Below, one piece after another: positions 48,781-61,749 of a stretch of DNA of 64,000 nucleotides. Position numbers and translations under genes: made by a program. The stretch lies in NCBI GenBank assembly GCA_964234715.1, contig OZ174278.1. One strand, given 5' to 3'. Below the pieces are notes generated by a model. That model was not told where the DNA came from, searched no databases, and saw nothing but the letters and a program-made list of their open reading frames with translations. The DNA is from Podarcis melisellensis (lineage: Eukaryota). Every line of letters begins with the position of its first letter. The stretch's first letter is position 1.

Positions 48781-49982
48781 TTTAAAAGTAACGCAGAAAT
48801 ATATGAATGGGCTGGGCATATATACATCTGGCTGCCCTATCTTATCCACATATATCCAGTCCTAGCACACATTGGTTTTTGATTATGGGTTGTTGTTTTT
48901 TAAAGAAGTGCAAAAAATACAATATGCTCATTGCTATATTCTCATTTTTCTGCAACATCTCCCCACTGTCTTTTAATCATAACCTGCATTATTAGAACTG
49001 TTCATGTAATTTGCAATAAGCACCTACTGAAGTGTGTTCCCTTGTTCACCTGATAATCAGAATATTGTGTAAGATAAAGCTGCTTGTTATCTAGGCCAAG
49101 ACCATTTCCTTAGCTAATTCATACAAGCTAATCAAGAATGTTTCCTTTTAATTTTTATACCATGTATAAGGTATGCCATTTGATCAGTCTACTGGAAAAC
49201 ATGACACCTGTGTTCAACTAATACAGGAGGGCCACACACACATCCCAGCTCTGAAATAGCCAAGCTTTTTCCATTCAGTAAAAATTGGCTTTTTCAGACA
49301 TCACTGAATGTTGCTGCACAGATCCAAGATTTGCTGTACTAGCAAATAAATCCTTACAATAGCATACCCTCTATTGTGTTAGTGTTAAAGGAACAAAGCA
49401 GGAGGTAGGAGCAGCAATGCAGGCATTTTATATTGGCACAGAAAATTAGGAATAGTGTCTCAGGTTTACTATTCCCAATGTAAGTGAGCAATGAAGTAAG
49501 TGGGCAAACCTAGCGTAGCTATTGAAGGGCACAGTGCATTTTGTGTCGATTGTCTTTAAACTCTTTATTTCAATCAAAAAGTTATGCACAATTAACATTG
49601 TCCTACTAAAAGTAAATCAGATTTTGATGTGCTAATTTTGAAATCGCAGCGTATACTATTTGGCTGAATTATAACTTCTATATAACAAAGGAGCAAAATA
49701 ATCATTTTGAGACATTTCCCCCCAAAGCTTATTCTTAATGTGTCCTTGACAGATCTTAGTGCAACATGCTCTCTTACTGCTTGTATGTACTTATCATCAA
49801 AGAAAGGCCATGGGTCGCAATCGCTTCTTTCCCAAAATGGAATATCATGTGTGCTGTAAAAGTTCATTCTACAGTAGTGCAATGACATACATCCTGAACC
49901 TCACCAGGAGCCATTAGAGAACCACATTGTAAAAGTATCAAAGCCCCTAACATTTTTCTTTTAATCACATTGTTTCCTGCAG

Positions 49983-50101
49983 GAACATATTTAACAAATG
50001 AAGCTAAAGGAGCTGAAGATGCACCTGATGCGGATACAGCCATTATCAATGCAGAAGGCAGCCAAGTCAATGCAGAAGAGAAGAAGGAATATTTCATATA
50101 G
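49983..50101 (+). CDS. CADM2: CADM2 last coding exon (cytoplasmic tail)
   Basis: Branch point CTAAC at 49947-49951 and tgtttcctgcAG acceptor. Reads (G)[38 protein letters not shown] then TAG (50099-50101). EYFI is the class II PDZ ligand typical of CADM1/2/3; the sequence is CADM2-type. Confidence 0.98.
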
Positions 50102-51753
50102 ATGCAGACTTAGGTTCTCTGAGTATTACTCACCAGGCTGACTGCTGGAGAAAATTGGCTCTCATCTTTCAGAATTAATTTCCCCCCATCATTTTTTGCT
50201 ACCTTTATTAATGTACACAAATGCTTTCAGTAGCCAGTTTATACCAACAATCAGCCATGGACAGCATTTCTTTTCCTTTAATTATGGTACCATTCATAAT
50301 GCAGGACATTTCTTATTGCCTAATCATCATATCCATTGCTCTCTTAACATACAGTGCTTGAATATACAGCCTTAACAACTTTAATCATCATCTGTTCAGT
50401 TTTTCTACATTTTTTAAAAACAAAATGTTATATAGCATTTCTTTTTGGTTTTATTTTATCATGGTCCTTACCGGTATTGCACCAGGCCATTTTCATAGCA
50501 ATTGTTCTGAAGGTGAGGACCTCAATGTACTTACATAAAACATTACAAGTAAGATTAGAGGTTTACAAAGAATGTTTTATATATGTCTATAATTCAAAAA
50601 GCAGCCTAGTTTTGAAACATTATGCCCTAGGAAACACCAACTGAAAGCATTCTAGTATAATTTCTTGTGTGTTTGCAAATGATAGCAAAGGGGTATGAAC
50701 AGACCTTTTATTTTAATGGCACATTGGTACTAAAGCAACGTCTGGGTGGTAACCACATCATGCCGTTTGTCTATACAGAATCCACAGAGATGGATGATGT
50801 AGCTCCATTTTGAAAATGTTTGTCCCGCTCTTTTACTGCATTTAGGATCATAAAGACTTCCGTTATCTATTTCTGTAATTTCTGGTTTTAATTTAATTTA
50901 TTTGATTCATGTGGGCTCACCTGCCTTCTCAAATTGGACATGTTTATGGGGCACAATTGCAAGGCATTTTAGTATCTGTATATAGTGCATATAATAAATC
51001 CAATTAAACATTATTTGATACATATTTAACTTTTGGGGCTGTAGGTAAGTCAGTCACAAGTAAGCATTTTCTAATGTCCATTATATCCCTTTAGATATGA
51101 CTTAAATTAATATTCTGAGTAGATAACATGTATTAGTACTTTTGTCTGTATGTCCTAGCACTGTTCAGCAGCAAACTTTTCTAGTTCCAGGTTTTTTTTT
51201 CTTTGTTATACAATGGAAGCACAATGTTATATGGAAAGGTAGTTTTAAGCTAACAACCAGTGCACAGCCTCAGGTTTTAAATTCCAACCACATTAATGAT
51301 TAATGATTAAGTTGCTAAAATTTTCAATATATAATTTGGCAGTTCCAGAGCTGCTTATCAATGTTGGATTTGCCAAAACACAAACAACAAAGTGTTACAA
51401 CAAAAAGCTCTATGTTTTGTGTATACGGTAAATGGACTAATTCTTTATATTAAATTCCTGTCTATGCATTTTGTGAGGTACAAACTTAACTGTCACGGTG
51501 AATGATAGAGAATATCTGCCATGCTTTTAGCTCCACAGTAAAGACCTCTTTTTGAGATTGTTCTCAAAATGTGGGGCAAAATGACATCTTTAAAAGATAG
51601 TCACAAATTCTAAATCTACCATAAAATAAGCTGATTGGCTCGATTCCTCTTCCAGAAAAAACGTGAAACATCACCAGATGCGCTTACTGGTCCCATGTCA
51701 GAAGATTCAAATCAGTAGCGATTGCTGTTCATCTCCTAAGTGCTGCACCTTAA

Positions 51754-51764
51754 AATAAAATAAA
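51754..51764 (+). terminator. Candidate proximal polyadenylation signal
   Basis: Overlapping AATAAA hexamers (51754-51759, 51759-51764), followed by U-rich and G-rich downstream tracts. Confidence 0.4.
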
Positions 51765-52071
51765 TAAGATTTCTATATGGATGCTATTACTGGTGAAGTC
51801 TAAAAGCATAATGGCCTATTGTAAAGGATTATCTCCTGGGATTTATTTTTTGCGTGGGGGGAGAGGGGAGGAGGGAGGGTAGCATTTGAATATGACATCA
51901 TGTGTCACAGTAAATGGAAATCAAAGGTGTTGTGTCAGATTATTTATCAGATGAGTATACACCTTTTAAGGACAATAGTAGTTTTTAAATTGTTTTTGTT
52001 GGAAAAAGAACATTTACCTTGTTAATTTCTATGAGAGAGAAAAAGAGAGAGACCATCAATCAAGCAGCACT

Positions 52072-52203
52072 NNNNNNNNNNNNNNNNNNNNNNNNNNNNN
52101 NNNNNNNNNNNNNNNNNNNNNNNNNNNNNNNNNNNNNNNNNNNNNNNNNNNNNNNNNNNNNNNNNNNNNNNNNNNNNNNNNNNNNNNNNNNNNNNNNNNN
52201 NNN
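52072..52203. other. Assembly gap (132 N)
   Basis: Run of N characters. Confidence 1.
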
Positions 52204-52919
52204 AGATCATCTGTGGGGAAAAAATGCAATAATATGCTAATCTAGTATGGTAGTTTGAGAGAATCAGGTAGGAACTACTAGACACATTGATACTAGTATA
52301 GGTTTACAACATAGTCAAGTTGTTCAAAGAGTACATTTTTAAAAACAAAACTGGCAAAAGGAATTAAGCTTGCTACTACTGGGAAGAAAAGGTTTTGTCA
52401 CAGCAGTTAGCTGTAACTTCAGAAACTGATTTATGGAACTAATGGCAAGGCCAGCAAAGAACTTAACTGTGCTTAAATGCCTTGCTGCATTAGGATTATG
52501 TTTACTAAAGTCACATGTCAATTAGTGCTGTATTTGCACATTTTTACATTCTTTATAAATTCCATTTTGCTTAAATGATATAGAAATGCTGCTTACATGA
52601 CCCACCTCTTCGTCACTGTGAAGTGAAAGTTTTCAAGCATTGGGGCATCTCTAGATGTAACCATCCCAAAGTGTCTTGTCAGTGTAGCAAAAGGAAAGAA
52701 GTGGAACTTTGCAATAGTAGATAGGAATTGGACTGTTAACTTTTTCTTGTGCACTCTGTTGCAGTCAATTTTTAGAATATATATTCTACCTTGCACCTTT
52801 AGATGTATTTTACAACAGGCCAAAAAGGAACATGGAAGTACATCATGCAGTATTAATACAATAAGAGGATAATTCGGGCCTGCCATCACTTTCAATCATC
52901 TGCATTCATCCAGTTAAAT

Positions 52920-53671
52920 CAGAGGTTCTCAAACTTTTTCTTTGAGAGAAAAGGGGGACTTTTGAAACAGAATAGTGACCATCTATTCTCTAACAAAATA
53001 AACATTCCATAAGCTAAACATAGTTTTAATATAAAGTCCTAGCCCTGTCTTTGACTTTAGCACAAGTACTAGCAATATTGTACCAGAGTGTACTAATACA
53101 GATACCGATACATTTTCTTAATATAATTTTATTACACAGTTTGTAACTCAACGGGGTTCAACAATCCAATATAAAATCTCTTATACACTGAGCTATAATT
53201 CTGGCAGTGCTGCCACAAAGATTCTTTGCACCAGTATCCATGGATCTGTGTGGATTTTGCACTAGCACCTGAGCAGATCCCAATTAATTCTGCTCCCGAT
53301 TCAGTGCCTTTTTGACCAATAGAGATTGGAGGAAAGCAAGGAGAAGCCAATCAGAGCAAAGAGCTGGGGGGAGAATCACATCATTGCTCTCAAGGTGGTC
53401 TTAGTTTGGTATAAATGGCTGGGAGGTGACTGGTTTCATGGTATCATTTTTTCTTCTTGGCTGACCTCCAGCTTGCTATATACCATAAGTTGTCAGCTAT
53501 ATAAAGGGGTAGCAGATTACCTTTTCCATAAGTCGGGCATCCAGTATTGGTGAATAAGGCCTCAAGAGCAACACACATTCATAGGATTTACAGATATGCC
53601 CAATTTCTAGTCATATTATCTGATAAGGTTTTTCTGTTCGTATACATTTGATCCTAGTTTGAGAACCCCTG
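52920..53671. mobile_element. hAT-Charlie-like non-autonomous element inside the 3'UTR
   Basis: TIRs CAGAGGTTCTCAAACT / AGTTTGAGAACCCCTG (15/16). Degenerate 8-bp flanks AGTTAAAT/GTTTAGAT. Confidence 0.7.
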
Positions 53672-56600
53672 GTTTAGATGAATACACTGGGAGCAAGACA
53701 CCAAAGGTCAATAGAAATGATTGCTTAATTTACAGTAATTGACAGGCATGAATGATGAAAGCCCCATGGGAACAACTAAGGAAAATGTGGAACATGACAG
53801 TTATCATCATCAGTCAAAGGTTATCAAGTTATTGCCAATTTTCTCTTTAATATTAGTTATTTTATTTTGCTATCATTATCATTATTATTATTTTTAAATA
53901 ATAGAATGTGGCATCTCACAGTATATGGGTGCATCTTTTTTCATTCTTAGATGTTATTAGCAAATCCAAGAAGCGGTTTAAGAAATATATACAACATGAG
54001 GCTCAGAAATGAACTGGAAACACCTACCATTTTGTTCACATTTATGGAAGGCAGATCATCTTGTGCTGAGATTCCTCCTATAAAAGATACAGGAGGAAAA
54101 CAGATGGTTTTTTCCCTATATAAACCAGCAAAGTAGACTTTTTGAATATGTTCTTCATGATATAGGATTATCTACCTACCTATAAGCATCTCTCAGTGAG
54201 AAGAAAGGACAGGAGGTTATTTAATTTATGATTGTAAAAGCACTGGAGTTACCATGTACGCAAATGTACATTAGGTATTTTGATCTTGACCGTGTGGTTA
54301 CATGTGCTTCCATGTAACATCAGTTATAGTGTAATTTAGTGCCACTTATTATAAAGTGTTACCAAAAGGATAACATGACTCTTAACTTTACCTCTCTGTT
54401 GAGCTAAGGTAATTCTGATAAACTTAAAAATATGGAGTTAAAAAGAATTGTCATGGCCGCACTACAATGTTCTCCAAAACTTTCCTTGATTCCTCCAAGG
54501 ATCTTAGCTTCTCATTCATTAGAACTGGTGTTTTTTTTAAAATGAACATACCAAATACAAAAAAACAGCTACTCAAATGTTCTGTAAACAAGCTGTTTTA
54601 AACAGAAATAACCCGAGTAATACTTTGGGTTAAGTGGCACAAAGTACACACTAAAAACTATGCAAAAATATAGGTGACTACAGTGTACTCACATGTAAGT
54701 ATCTTGTACTTTCTCTGTATGGATATTGGAAAACCATGTATTTATAATATGCATTTTGATTATTTTACAAGGAAGGAGATGGGTTTGCAGATTCAAGAAT
54801 GGTCTATGAAAACGCATAGTGACCATTTGTCTTTAAATATGTGTATATTCCAAGCCACTTCCAAATAATATTTAATTTATTGTAAGCCGTATTTTCCTTG
54901 AAACCCAACTACCACTCTATTTTGTCTCTCATCTTCTTCTATGGGTCCCATGGGGCTCCTTCCAAACACCTTTGGGGCAAAGACTTCAATTCTGCTAATA
55001 GCTCTGCTGCCAGCACTCTGTCTGGGAACATTGCTCAGTAATCTATTTCTAGCCCAACAGTACAAGGTTGCTCTTTTTATCTTCCTTGAGGGAGCCTTGC
55101 ATGCTAAGATGTTGAAAAGTATTGCCATTTGCCCTGGTATTTTTAGCTTGAGCAATGGAAAGAGAGCCACAGAGAGAACTGCATTCTCCTGACCCCTATT
55201 TCACTGAAGCACCTCACCTGGAATTTCTGCTATTTATTTCCCAATAACGTCAGGTAATCTTACATTGTGAGTACAAAATGCTTCCATCAAACCACGGAGG
55301 ATGCCTTTAATGATAAAGTTAACTTTTTTCCAAACATGAAATTTTATATCATTGATCCTTTTCATCTCGTCATTTTTTCCATCATACCCTTCCAAAAGCA
55401 ATGCATTGAAAGTAGTGAGATAACACAGAACAATCACAGACACAAGAAATATTGTTAAATTGAACACTGCAAAGCTCCTGAGCCTCTCCAACTATAGCTT
55501 TCCTTCTCTGCGAAGCACTATCATTATTGGCCAAGCCATTCATTCCACTTTCGGTTGTGCAATTTTAACTAGTTCCCATAATAAATGTACTTACATGGAC
55601 CCCTTTTGTTGTTTAGATTCTGCCCTCCAGCTAATGAACCTGTTTTGTTTTGGGGGTTAAAAAGCCTGCCCCTTCTATCATGTCCTTGAGCTGCTCTAAT
55701 CATCCAGAGTTTTCTGCCCTTTTAAACCTTGACTCCACATCTACACATGAGCAAGGTAAAGTCTTACACATTGTTGCATATACACATAGGCATTGCTTTT
55801 GACTAGTCTAATGATTTCACAACAGTCTTCATTACATTACTTGCTTCCTATTAATGTCGATATTTAGCACAGATTGACAGTGATGTGTTAAACCCACCAG
55901 ATTCAATTTTCAGTACAGATATTGGTAGATTTTTTTCTTTTTAAAATTAAATTTTCCATCAGACAAAAATATAATTAGCAGTTTGATGCTCAAACACTTG
56001 GGCAAACTAGGCAGAGAACAAAACAGAGACGATGACAGTACATCAGATTGTGCAAATATTCATTGGAGATCACATCAGTTACTCTCAATAGGATGTACAT
56101 TTCTATTTGAGCTCAAATGTACACTCTCACCCACAGCTAATAAATGCACACGCACTGATATAATGTGCATCTGCCTGAAAAGTTTTTTTTAAAAAAATCC
56201 ATGACACTCAATGGATTTCCCAATGGATATATTAAAAACATGGGGGACAATCTGCACACCTCTATCGTGAATCTACACCACAACCATTAACACTGACATT
56301 TATGGGAGTCACTTCTTGTCAAAACTATGTTCCTTTGCTGCTAGTTGCATCTTCCAGAGACATTTTCACACTCTGCTTGCTAAACAAACCCTGGATTGCT
56401 TACATTAACCAGAATGTTTTAGAATAACTATAATGAACATAGCCTGTACTTCATGTGAGCCCTGACAAGTATAGTATAAAAATAAATTATCAAATTACTT
56501 GAGAATGAAGTCTTTCCATATATATAGATATAAAACAAAAACAGAAAAAAATCAAGTACTGATAGCTGTAATAAGCAAAAACATTACAAACATTTTCTCA

Positions 56601-59047
56601 GGGTCTTGAAGGAACTAGCTTTTATTTAAAAAGTATTGTCCAAATGATCTCTCTGCTCTTGTCACAAAGAAGGAGGATAAACCAAGATGATGTGAGGAGC
56701 TTCCTGAATTTTTTCCTATGCTGGATTTATTTATACCCTTAAACTCATCAGCTTTGCTAGTTACATCTAACTTAAAAGAGGCTCAAACACTTTTTAACAG
56801 TAGAGTTATTTAAGTTTCATTAATTGACTTAAAAGATCAGTATTTGCTTCATTTCATGTCTCTTCCCTGATTATATAAATTTATTCCTTTTAAGTCTCTT
56901 GAAGTTATTCTTAAACTGGACTTCAGACAATTAATTTATCACTTAAATGTCAGCAATACATTTGATTTTAGTTCGAGTCCCCTACCCCAATATAATTGTT
57001 CTAAAGCTCTAAAATAGTTTCATTATATATCCATCTGAGAGCATGAGCTAGTAGCTTAGTTCAGTTCCTTTCACTTAAATCCCTTTCAAAATCCTTCTTT
57101 GCTTTTCTGGAAAAAGAAGAAATGTAAATGAACAAATATCTAATAATGTTTTAAGCACTTAAGTTAACATAGGTAAGCTCTTATTCAGAGGTAAAAACTA
57201 CAGTGGATTTCTAGGTGAGAGGCTACAGCAGGAGCCAAACAGAGTGGATGAAAACATTTTGATTCTAGCCGATTCAACTAATATTCTTTCATCTTAATAT
57301 TTTTACAAGACCATAGGTCTACTCATGAAGCAAGGATTGCCAAGCAGGCTGTTTAGACAGCAAGAATTGGTGAAGTTCATTTATAAGTAATTGAAATGAT
57401 AAAGCACTAGTACAGAGATTATAATTAATTATTTTTCTCTGACAGGCATGGCGCTTTTTTAAAATCTTGAGACAGACAAGAAAACGCCTGTTTATTCTTT
57501 CCAAATGTCAGTCCTGTTCCCATAACAAAATGAACAGAACACAGAAAGGAAGGATAAAGTACAGTAAACAATAAAAACACTGATATTCCAGTGTAGTGTA
57601 GAGTAATCTACACAGTGAAACAAGTTTTCACATAGAGTTCTCTTACATGGCAGATGCAGAAAGCATACAAATCCCTATGCTACACATTGTTCTGATTCCA
57701 AGGCAAATAGAAAATATATTTTTTTCATGATCCTTTAAATTTGCCATAAAGCAAAGAAGCAAACTTTTCTGATGAAGATTTCATGTGCAGAAAAAAGTAG
57801 AGGCATCTTCACATGGATTCAGGACTAATAAATCTCTATTACATAAGGTCTTGTCCATTTACCTCAGCACAATATTTATGTCTGTACTTTGCATTAACGC
57901 AGGCTTCCCCCCCCCCAAAAAAAAGTGTGGTTTAAATTAAAAGTGTTTGTAAAAAATAATGCACCATTTAATATGAAACACAAATACTGATCCTGCCCAG
58001 AAATGTTGATATTCCAACCATGTTATATGAAAATATATTTTCCACCAGTACCTGAGCTTTTGGCAATAATATGTAAATACATATTACAATTATATTTTCT
58101 ATACATTGCACACTTTCATGCATGCATATATATATACACACACACACATATATATAGTCATGCCAAAGGTTTGCTTTATCTTGAAACAGTATAGGTACAA
58201 ATTCAGTGGGTTCCCACGTTCTGTTAGTGGCTATACATTCCCTAGGGAAGACAGTAAGAAAGCAACATTCATTTTAAACAAAGAAGTCGACCTATGCACT
58301 ATATTACTTTCCAGCCTTTTAAATCCAAAATGCACTTTATAATTTCACCAAAAACGAGGATGTTCAAAGACTCCTATAATTGTTTCTTTATACTCATTTT
58401 TTACACAGGAAAGGATTTGCTTGCGTAAATATGAGTGCATTCAGGAAAATATTATAATCTTCCAATTTTCCACCTGTTCCACTGAAGTAGTCTCACAGAT
58501 TTCCTATTTGGTTGATCTGAATTTAATCATTTTAGGATTGCAGACTTGACCATTCTAACACAGACTTAAGGATACAAATGCAAAAATTATGAGCCCACAA
58601 TGTGTTTTGTGTCTCTGTGTCTTCCAGGGCTGCCTGAATAAAAGGATCTGGTAAAAAAACTCACTAAAAGCCACAATTGTGCCTAGCCCCAGGTGAGTAG
58701 CTTAACTGCAAGGTGGCTAAAATGGGCTGAGAACTATGGGTGTGATTGACACCAACACCTGAAATCATGGCAATGTTTCTGATGCTTCAACACTTACTCC
58801 AGTCCCAGGAGAACTAAGCATGTTGCACTGACAATGGAAGCAGAGTTTTCTTTTGTTTTTTGTTTACTCCTTTTTCATAATTTTAAGTGAACAAAATGCA
58901 TATTGTAACATTAGGTACATGACACTTGCATGTTGCTATGCCTATATACTTACAGAGTATTCAATGTGTACTTGGTGGCGCTTAAAAAAATGTCATGTAC
59001 AATTTTTATAAACATTCTACAGGGTTCCCATTTGCACTTCATCTTTC

Positions 59048-59098
59048 ATTAAAGTCTTGTCAGAGAAATGTCTGAGTATTATTAAAGAAAAAAATAAA
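59048..59098 (+). terminator. Candidate distal polyadenylation signal cluster
   Basis: ATTAAA 59048-59053, ATTAAA 59081-59086, AATAAA 59093-59098, with upstream TGTA elements. TE density rises shortly downstream. Confidence 0.6.
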
Positions 59099-59857
59099 AT
59101 TTCAATTTTAGTTATCGGTTGGACATTACTGAAGTGTCTATTCATTCAATACATTTTTTAAAAAAGCAATTCATGAATTTTGTGATGACGTTGTATTGGC
59201 AAATATATGGATGATCTGCTCCCAGCTGAAAACTGCTGTGTTTCCCTGTGCGTTCCATACTGAAGAACTATTTTGGATAAACTGCATGTGATACACCACT
59301 ACTGATGCAGCCCTTATGATGTGGCATATAAGGATCCCCTTCTTTTGTGTAACTACTAAAATTTTGTAAATCTTTGTTTATATAGTAAGGATTTATTGTA
59401 TACCATATAAAGCAGTCAAACAAACATGTTGCTGATGTAATCGAAGGTGGTGATTTATGTGTACAGACCAGGTATCAATGTCACTCCCTCTCAGGATCTT
59501 CCTTGGCTGAACTTCCAGCTGCTTTTAAAATGTGCAGTTAAATTACAAGTTTCAGGGTGGGTGTCAGAAGTAACAGAGGAGGCAATACCCTGAAAAGAAA
59601 TCTTGCACATATGATCTGTTATTCACCCTTGGGCAGGCTCCAACAGCACCCCTGTTGGAAGAAATGAAGTTAACCAAGATAAAGCTTCATCAGGGAGGCA
59701 AGAGGGATAAACATGTTAGCTCTGTCTTGGGTCTCTTGTTCCCGTCACCTTTCCATTCAGGAGGGGTGATCTAGTGAAGCGGGGAACCTCCTGCACTCAT
59801 GGAAGCTATCCACATGGTTTAGAGCTCATTTTCCAGCATTCTAATATGAGCAAAATA

Positions 59858-60216
59858 GGGATGCAGGTGGCGCTGTGTGTTAAACCACAGAGCCTAGGAC
59901 TTGCTGATCAGAAGGTTGGCGGTTCGAATCCCTGTGACGGGGTGAGCTCCTGTTACTCGGTCCCAGCTCCTGCCAACCTAGCAGTTCGAAAGCATGTCAA
60001 AGTGCAAGTAGATAAATAGGTACTGCTCCAGCTGGAAGGTAAACTGAGTTTCCATGCACTGCTCTGGTTCGCCAGAAGCGGCTTAGTCATGCTGCCCACA
60101 TGACCCGGAAGCTGTACACTGGCTCCCTTGGCCAATAAAGCGAGATGAGCGCCGCAATCCCAGAGTCGGCCACGACTGGACCTAATGGTCAGGGGTCCCT
60201 TTACCTTTACCTTTAC
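59858..60216 (+). mobile_element. Sauria (POM-type) SINE, full length
   Basis: GGGATGCAGGTGGCGCTG head, B box, (ACCTTT)n tail. TSD TATGAGCAAAA (59845-59855, 60217-60227). Confidence 0.93.
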
Positions 60217-60614
60217 TATGAGCAAAAATAGACCCCTAGGAGCTGTAAGGTGTCAGAAATCGTGCTGGGGAATGGAGCTAGCATACTCAGCCCTGCTGCC
60301 TCCCTCGCTTGTAGTCCTAACACTGGGAGGCTATAAATGTGCCTTCTCGTTCCTTAAACTAGGATTTATACATTCCAACATTAAGGGTCAGTTATAGGAG
60401 CACCAGGTTTGCATAGTAAACAGGACAGATACAGAACCTCTCTGAATTGAGCATTTACATACTAAACTAGTCAAGATCCCCCTTGCGGACCTCTCTTGGC
60501 CAATTTGCAGTTTAGTATCTCTACATACTCCGAATCAACCGCTAGCCTATGACTTGAGATAGCACATAAAGGAGATGACGCAATCCCTGCTGAGAGGGCT
60601 TGCTGCCTTGTACC

Positions 60615-60730
60615 ATCCCTTGCCAATCTGATCTCCTGCAGATGTTTTGGACTACAACTCCCATCATCCCAAGCTGGTTGGGGCTTAAGGGAGTTGTAGT
60701 CAAAAACAGCTGGAGGGGATCAGATGGACA
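60615..60730. mobile_element. Palindromic hAT MITE (same family as 28213)
   Basis: TGTTTTGGACTACAACTCCC ... GGGAGTTGTAGTCAAAAACA inverted arms. Confidence 0.75.
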
Positions 60731-61253
60731 TGAGAAAGCATGAAGTGAATGCCTCCCTAGGAGTGTGTGGAGTTGTTTTTGTTTGGGAACACAACTAGCG
60801 ACCTTTACACCTTTATACAGCTTCCAAGTCATTATCAAGCTACATGGTCATAATACTGGGACATGGGCATATATTGGGGAGAAGGAGGCACAAGTATATG
60901 GGAATGGGGCTGAGATCAATGCAGCACAGGGAAGCATGCAAAGGAGAGCCAAGAATGTCAGGCAGTCATATCCAAGCAGGCAAAATCCAAGATTTAGCCA
61001 GAAGTTTTTATGGCCCTACCAGCTCAGGGACAATAATATACTTCCTTGAAATGTGCTCCTCTGGCTGGATGAAACACCAGTCTACAGCCTGGGGTTCACC
61101 ACCAGTTAGATCTGCAGGTTCCAGGTTTTAGCCCCAATGGCTACTGACAAAAATATTCATGTTATATAGATAAACATTTAGGGATTATTACTGATATTGG
61201 CAAGTATTCTGTGCTGTCAATGCTGGCATTAAGGTATAATCTCACTATGCTGC

Positions 61254-61296
61254 AATAATAATAACAATAACAACAACAACAACAACAACAACAACA
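61254..61296. repeat. (AAT)n(AAC)n microsatellite
   Basis: Direct reading. Confidence 0.9.
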
Positions 61297-61630
61297 CAAA
61301 TCCTATAATAATAACCCTATCTCCAGTGATAATTGCATAATGAAGAGGAGCAATTTCACAAGGAAAACAAGGTCCTCATATTCTGCAGTAGAGAAGTTAT
61401 TATTTTTATTTGATGCATTTATAATTCTGCACTTAAAGATTTATTCTTTAAAAAAAATAATAAAGTAAAATTATGTAAATGGCAAGTTGGATTTATGATG
61501 AAATTCAGCAAGATGTGGAGCAGGAAGCAAATGGTTAAAGCAGGCCCAATTTTTCAGAACAAAACTATGTCCTTCCAGGGGAGGGTGGATTATCTCAGAC
61601 ACAGATCTTAATTTAAGTGTGGGACATTAT

Positions 61631-61631
61631 T

Positions 61632-61661
<30 letters not shown>
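61631..61661. repeat. (TTTA)n microsatellite
   Basis: Direct reading. Confidence 0.9.
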
Positions 61662-61663
<2 letters not shown>

Positions 61664-61749
61664 AGAGTGTGTGTGCATGTGTGTTCAAGGGTGCAAGAGT
61701 ATAAAAGGAGAAGAGGCCTATGGAGAAATAGGAAAGTAGTGTTCAAAAA

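Larger units (their letters stand above)
50102..59120 (+). other. CADM2: Probable long CADM2 3'UTR
   Basis: Follows the stop codon; AT-rich and almost TE-free until ~59.1 kb, where TGTA motifs precede an ATTAAA/ATTAAA/AATAAA cluster. Mammalian CADM2 has a multi-kb 3'UTR. The exact end is inferred. Confidence 0.65.
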
